NCBI RefSeq assembly: GCF_009914755.1
Contig: NC_060927.1
Length of the DNA stretch: 64,000 nt
Strand: one strand, 5' to 3'
Source of the DNA: the human T2T-CHM13v2.0 reference genome, Homo sapiens
Below are positions 57,880 through 64,000 of this stretch, one piece after another. Below the pieces are notes generated by a model that was not told where the DNA came from, searched no databases, and worked only from the letters and a program-made list of their open reading frames with translations. A program made the position numbers and the translations under genes. The first letter of the stretch is position 1. Each line of letters begins with the position of its first letter.

Positions 57880-59790
57880 TGTCCTTTTATTTTAAAATAA
57901 TAAAAAACCTACAAAGAATTAGCAAAGCTAGATTTAAGAGCTTTTTGATTCTGAACAATTTGAGCTAAGTTGTTGGTAAGAAGCCCCATAACTTCAAATA
58001 CCTTAGTGAATATTTTATACAAGTAAGTAGTTTTCTGTATAACCACAGTAACATTATCAAATCAGGAAATTAAGAAGGATTCACTATTATTACCTAAATC
58101 ACAAGTATCATTCAACTTTTTGCCAATTATCCCAATAATTTCCTTAAAAATAATTTAGTCCAAGATCACATGTTACAGTCAGCTGTTGTGTTTCTATTGT
58201 CTCCTTTATCAGGAACAGTTCCTCAGTCTCTTTTCACTTTCATGACCTGGACTTTTTATCACATTAGTCACCAAATCTGATTTATCTAATGTTTCCTTAT
58301 TATTAGATTCAAGTTGTGCTTCTCCTAGGGCTGGAATATTACAGTAATGATTTTGTGTTCTTCTCATTGCATCCAATTAGATGGCACATGCTTTCAATTT
58401 GTCCCATTACTGATGATGTTAACTTTAATAATTTGTTTAGGTGGTGTCTGCCAGATTTCTCCACTGTACAGTCACTCCTTTCTTCCTTATATTTAATAAG
58501 CATTTTGTGAATAGTTGAGCCTATGTAACATTTCATTTCTCATCACACTTACATTTGGTAATTTTAGTATCTGTTGACATTTTTTGGCTGAATTAATTAT
58601 TACTATGATGGTTGCCCGCTAGTTATCTTCTAATTTTACCATTTCTTCTGCATTTATTAGTTGGCATTCTACTGCAATAATTTATTCCTTCCAATTTACT
58701 TTTTTACTTATTTATTCATATCAGTATGGAGGTATAAATTCCTGTTTTATTCAGTAGGTTATTATTCATTCTGAGGCTTGGATTGTCCCAGATTCACCAG
58801 TGGGAGCTATTCCAAACTGGCTTTCATAATTGTTTGACCATTTCCTTGATATATTAAATAAAACATTCAGACTCATCTTTAATTTTTCCTGCTCTCACCC
58901 TGAAGTTAGCCATTTCTCTGAGGAGCACTGGTTCCTTTTAGTGAAGAATTGTTTTTAGAAATCAAGATCTGGCACCAGTATGCTCTCTGGTTTTGAAGTG
59001 TTATTGTATCCAGAGTCTGTCAATGGATAGAGCTAGGTAATATATGTAGGCAAGTGTTTTTTATACATGCATACATTCACCAGTACATTAACTATCTATT
59101 TTTTCTTGAGGTACAAAATTTTTTTTTTGAGGTACAAAAAGAACTACCTCAAAATTTAGTGCTTAAAACAATGGACATTAATTACTTCGCAGTTTTATCC
59201 AGAATTCAGAGGGCATGGTTCTGGCTCCATGACTCTCGTAAAATTTCAGTCAAGATGTGGCCTAAGGCTTGTCTGAGGCTGGGGGATCCACGTTCAAGGT
59301 GGCTCACTCACATGTCCGAAGAGTTAGGGCTGGTTATTGGCTAGAGGCCTCATTTCCTCATGTCATTGACCTCTCCATAGAGCTGCTTGAGTATCTCATA
59401 AAATGGTGTCTGGTTTCCCCCAGAAGGATAGCCAGGAAGAAGCCAGAATGTCTTTTATGGCCTGGTCTCAAAGTCTCACTTTGTAATTTTCACAGTATAC
59501 TATTGCTTACACAGGTCGACACTGTTTAGTATGGGAGGTGTCTACACAGAAGTCTGAATACCTTCCGAGGCAAGAAAAACTGGGGACCATTTTAGAGACA
59601 GGCTACCACAATATTTATATTTATTTCTTTATCTCTATTTTGATATCATTCTATCTATGCACTTATCTATCAATTGATAAAAACTATGAGTTCATATCAA
59701 TACCTTGAAATCCAATCCAACACCACAGGATTCATTCCAGTTTTTGCTTTTTTCATGAGAATGAGAAAGCTGGTTCCCATTATGCTCATA
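57880..59790 (-). mobile_element. L1MC4/5-type 3' region, interrupted by an MLT1 LTR
   Basis: gtcccattactgatgatgttaacttt...gtctgccagatttctccactgt; gccatttctctgaggagcactggttccttttagtg. Confidence 0.8.
59085..59611 (-). mobile_element. MLT1F/G-like LTR
   Basis: caaaatttagtgcttaaaacaa...ggctcactcacatg...ggggaccattttagagacaggctaccaca. Confidence 0.8.
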
Positions 59791-59792
59791 TA

Positions 59793-60335
<543 letters not shown>

Positions 60336-60957
60336 TCAACCTGTGTTCTTAATCTCCTGGTCCTATGCTCAGCTACTGCTACCCCTTCATGGGGACTCTT
60401 ACCCAGTGGTAGGCCACTGTAGTCTCACTTCTCTCCTACCCCATATGGACTAGTAGCTCACTAAGACCCCACCTAATGGTTTTTGAATTGAGTTATTCAG
60501 GAAGGAAGCTAAGTAGGTATGACTGTTTTTTGTTTCGAATTATGGCAATGGGAAGGTTTTATTATACTTAGATTTGGACTAGAGAAACCTCTACCTTTAG
60601 TCTAAACTGAAAAATGCTCCTCACATCTATCCAGAGGTCTGAGAACTCTGTCACATTTTCTGTGTAGATGGGTCAGGCACTTACTCCCTTTGTGAACAGT
60701 TGCTTATTTAACCTGTCAAGGATATTTTACGTAGGCTACATCTACATCTTCTCACTGCCATTTCCTCCTTTCCCTTCCCTTCATTTTCCTCTCATTTCTT
60801 TCCTCTTCACTTCCTACAGCATTCATACACTCCCATTTTTTTAGCTGCCTTTGCATAAAACTTATTACTGAGACTTATTAGCACACTCAAAGACATTGCT
60901 TGTTTTCACAGTAGCACCCAAGTTATTAATTGTATGGTGATAAAAAATCAAATCTCC

Positions 60958-61277
60958 GCCAGGCATGGTGGCTCAGGCCTGTAATCCCAGCACTTTGGGA
61001 GGCTAAGGCGGGCAGATCATGAGGTCAGGAGTTCGAGACCAGTCTGGCCAATATGGTGAAACCCTGTCTCTACTAAAAATACAAAAATTAGCCAGGTGTG
61101 GTGGTGTGCATCTGTAGTCCCAGCTACTGGGGAGGCTGAGGCAGAAGAATAGCTTGAACCTGGGTGGGACAGAGGTTGCAGTGAGCCGAGATCACGCCAG
61201 TGCACTCTAGCCTGGGTGACAGAGTGAGACTCCGTCTCAAAAATAAATAAATAAATAAATAATAATAAAAAATAAAT
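60958..61277 (+). mobile_element. AluSg-like with (TAAA)n tail
   Basis: gatcatgaggtcaggagttcgagaccag; TSD aaaaatcaaatctcc. Confidence 0.94.
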
Positions 61278-62709
61278 AAAAATCAAATCTCCATTGATGC
61301 TTCATTTTAAAAAAGAATACATTAGAATGACCTTTCACATTTTAGCCCTTTATTGCAAATAAAAGTGCTTTGAGAACATGGCAATAGAATTTTTGAAAAT
61401 GTCACCATTATTTTTAAGTCTCTGTTGAAGAACTTACTAGTGATCTAAGGACTTCGATTTCAGAATAAGAAATTTGAAGAAGTGAGGCAAGATTTCCAAC
61501 ACTAAAAATGATTATCCTAACAATATACCTTCTCTAAATTACATGCCAATGAATCATACAGACTATTATTCTTACTTTGATCCTTTCATCTCCCCAGGAA
61601 GTTAGGGTGATTTACTAGATGACACATTTCCTAATGGTTATGAGACAGAGGTTCTTGACATATCAGAGAAGCATAATCATTGATGAGCATGATGTTTAGT
61701 CATAATGTCCTCTAACATAAAGAAAGATAATGGGCCTTTTTTTCCAAGATGTGAACTTGGAGATTGGGCTTGGTTGAATCACCCACATAATTGAATGAGG
61801 TTTGGGGACTTTGTATATGAGGTTTTTTCCTCTATTCATAGAAATATCAGTTTGTTATACCCTGTCTGTGGAATGATGTATGGCAGGGGTTACAACACAC
61901 ACATGTCAGAGTCAGCGGACTGACACCTCTGAGCTAAAAAATTCTTACATCTCACTTGAGAATAAGATGTAGAGGAAGTCAGTAGAAGGACAGCCCACAG
62001 AGTGGGCTCAGCCTACTGAGCATGGGGGAATTCACGTTCAGTAGGTAGCCAGGGAAATAAGGGCAAATTAATACTAAGTACATCTCTTGGTCCCTGAGGT
62101 TAACGTTACACAAAGCTAATATGTAATGTCAGTTTTGTGCTGTGAAGAATTCACCATGGCTTATAAAATGGCCTACATTTTTTGAGTAAGGCAAATGCCA
62201 AATTTTATCTAAAGTAATTCTTTAGAAAAATCATTTCAGCAAATTAGGAAAAGGATGAAGTAAGCAACCATAAAAGATAAACACTTTAAAATGTGATGAG
62301 TGGCACTTTATAGGAGCACAGAAAAATTCCGATAACATAGCATGACAAAATTAACCACAGAATAGAATATCGGGAGTTTCCAGATATCACTTTTATTTGG
62401 GCTTCTGATTAAGTATATGTACTAAGATTTTTAAGAAATTAAATTAAAAGTGGCTTTTGATCATGGTTCCTTCTGATTTTAAGAAGATAAAAAGCAGCAG
62501 TTCTCCAATATGAATTTTGACATAAATTTTCTTCATCTAGTTACCCTAATTTTAGTTTTTCTGGATGCATTATTAAATGTGTTTTGAAGGGCAATGTAAA
62601 GAAAACACAAAAGGACCGAATGAGCTATGATCTCACTCTGGGGGAGGGAAGGATTGGAAGGGAATATAAATCCCAGAGGTTCTTTCCCAGGAGTCATCAT
62701 GGAAATATT

Positions 62710-62712
<3 letters not shown>

Positions 62713-62757
<45 letters not shown>
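62713..62757 (+). repeat. Compound microsatellite (CA)14(GA)8
   Basis: Read directly from the sequence. Confidence 0.97.
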
Positions 62758-63159
62758 GGAGGTTGGTTTCACTGCACTTTCAACAAGTCCGTCATTCTCT
62801 GTTTCCTTGAGTATGTGTTCATTATCTCACTTTTCTTTATAAGAGAACTAAAAGGAACAAAGTTAATGTAATTTCCAAATAAGATCTGCAAATGGTTAAC
62901 AAAACAAAAATTTTAAAAATACATATTAAAACTGCTCTGTTTATGAAAAGAATCTTTTCTTAACAGGAAAGAAAACTATAATACATAGTTTAGCAGAAGG
63001 AAAATTCCATAGGAACAAAATTATTAGCGTTTTTTAACCTTGGAATGACAGTTTGTCATTATCTTTCAAAGTATGAAAACGAAGTTTTCTATTTCCCAGT
63101 AAAATTTTTTTTTGTGGCACAAAAATATTATTCGTCATTATAGCAAAGATTTATTGTCT

Positions 63160-63590
63160 TGTCTCTAGCCTTTGTTACTCCATCTTCTCATAACAGCACC
63201 TTCATTTTCCTTAAGATATAATCTTTCACAGTTTATGTGGTATGGCTGGGGTGGACTCTCCTTCCCCCTTGTCTGTGTGACCCGAGCTTGACCAATCAAC
63301 ACATCCAGTTCACTGGTCACAGTGATTGGTTCAGGGATTATCATGTGACCCAATTTAGGCCAATGAGAATTCTTCTGAAACTTAGTTGTACATGTGGGTA
63401 ATAAGTTTTTCACTGCCATTTTTAGCTGTAGGATGATGAAGGAGGCCTGCAGGTACTGGGAACCACCACGCAGGCAGAACCAGGCTGAAAATAGAGGTAG
63501 CAAAGAAGGAAGTGCTGTTAAGGGGAACAAAAAGACTGAGTGCCAAGGGCCATATTTAATTTCTTTCACAGAACAGTTTTTTTTTTTTTT
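63160..63590 (+). mobile_element. MLT1K/L-like LTR
   Basis: ggtcacagtgattggttcagggat...catgtgacccaatttaggccaatgaga. Confidence 0.7.
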
Positions 63591-63606
63591 TTAAGGATTA
63601 GGTTGA

Positions 63607-63902
<296 letters not shown>

Positions 63903-64000
63903 TAGGTTGACTTTTTTACAAAATAATTAGCAGTTGGCAAATATGGGCTACATGTAATGTCAATATTGATTGTAAAGCAATAAGTAGTCAATTCATACTG

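Overview
This is primate (human-like) nuclear DNA. It is AT-rich, CpG-depleted and dominated by interspersed repeats. I found no protein-coding exon, RNA gene, CpG island or processed pseudogene of a cellular gene. The recognisable ORFs in the supplied track are L1 ORF1/ORF2 relics or Alu-derived frames; the rest look like chance ORFs. Contents: 16 Alu copies (J, S and Y types), about eight L1 segments, several solo ERVL/MaLR LTRs (THE1, MSTA, MLT2A1, MLT2, MLT1, LTR33-like), DNA-transposon fossils (MER81, MER5, MER20, Tigger4a/MER46) and MIR/L2/L3 relics. The L1 segments include a 13.6-kb nested and chimeric L1 complex at 16.5-30.2 kb and a minus-strand L1PB at 37.9-44.1 kb carrying four nested insertions. 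I found no evidence of a novel biological system. The most notable observations are structural: an L1-L1 junction at the RT FADD motif, Alu insertions without target-site duplications (TSDs), several fold-back or template-switch scars, a possible very old LINE RT fossil, a near-consensus AluY, an MLT2A1 LTR with DUX4-like sites, and two speculative microexon or recursive-splice motifs. Subfamily calls come from remembered consensus diagnostics and need RepeatMasker/Dfam confirmation.
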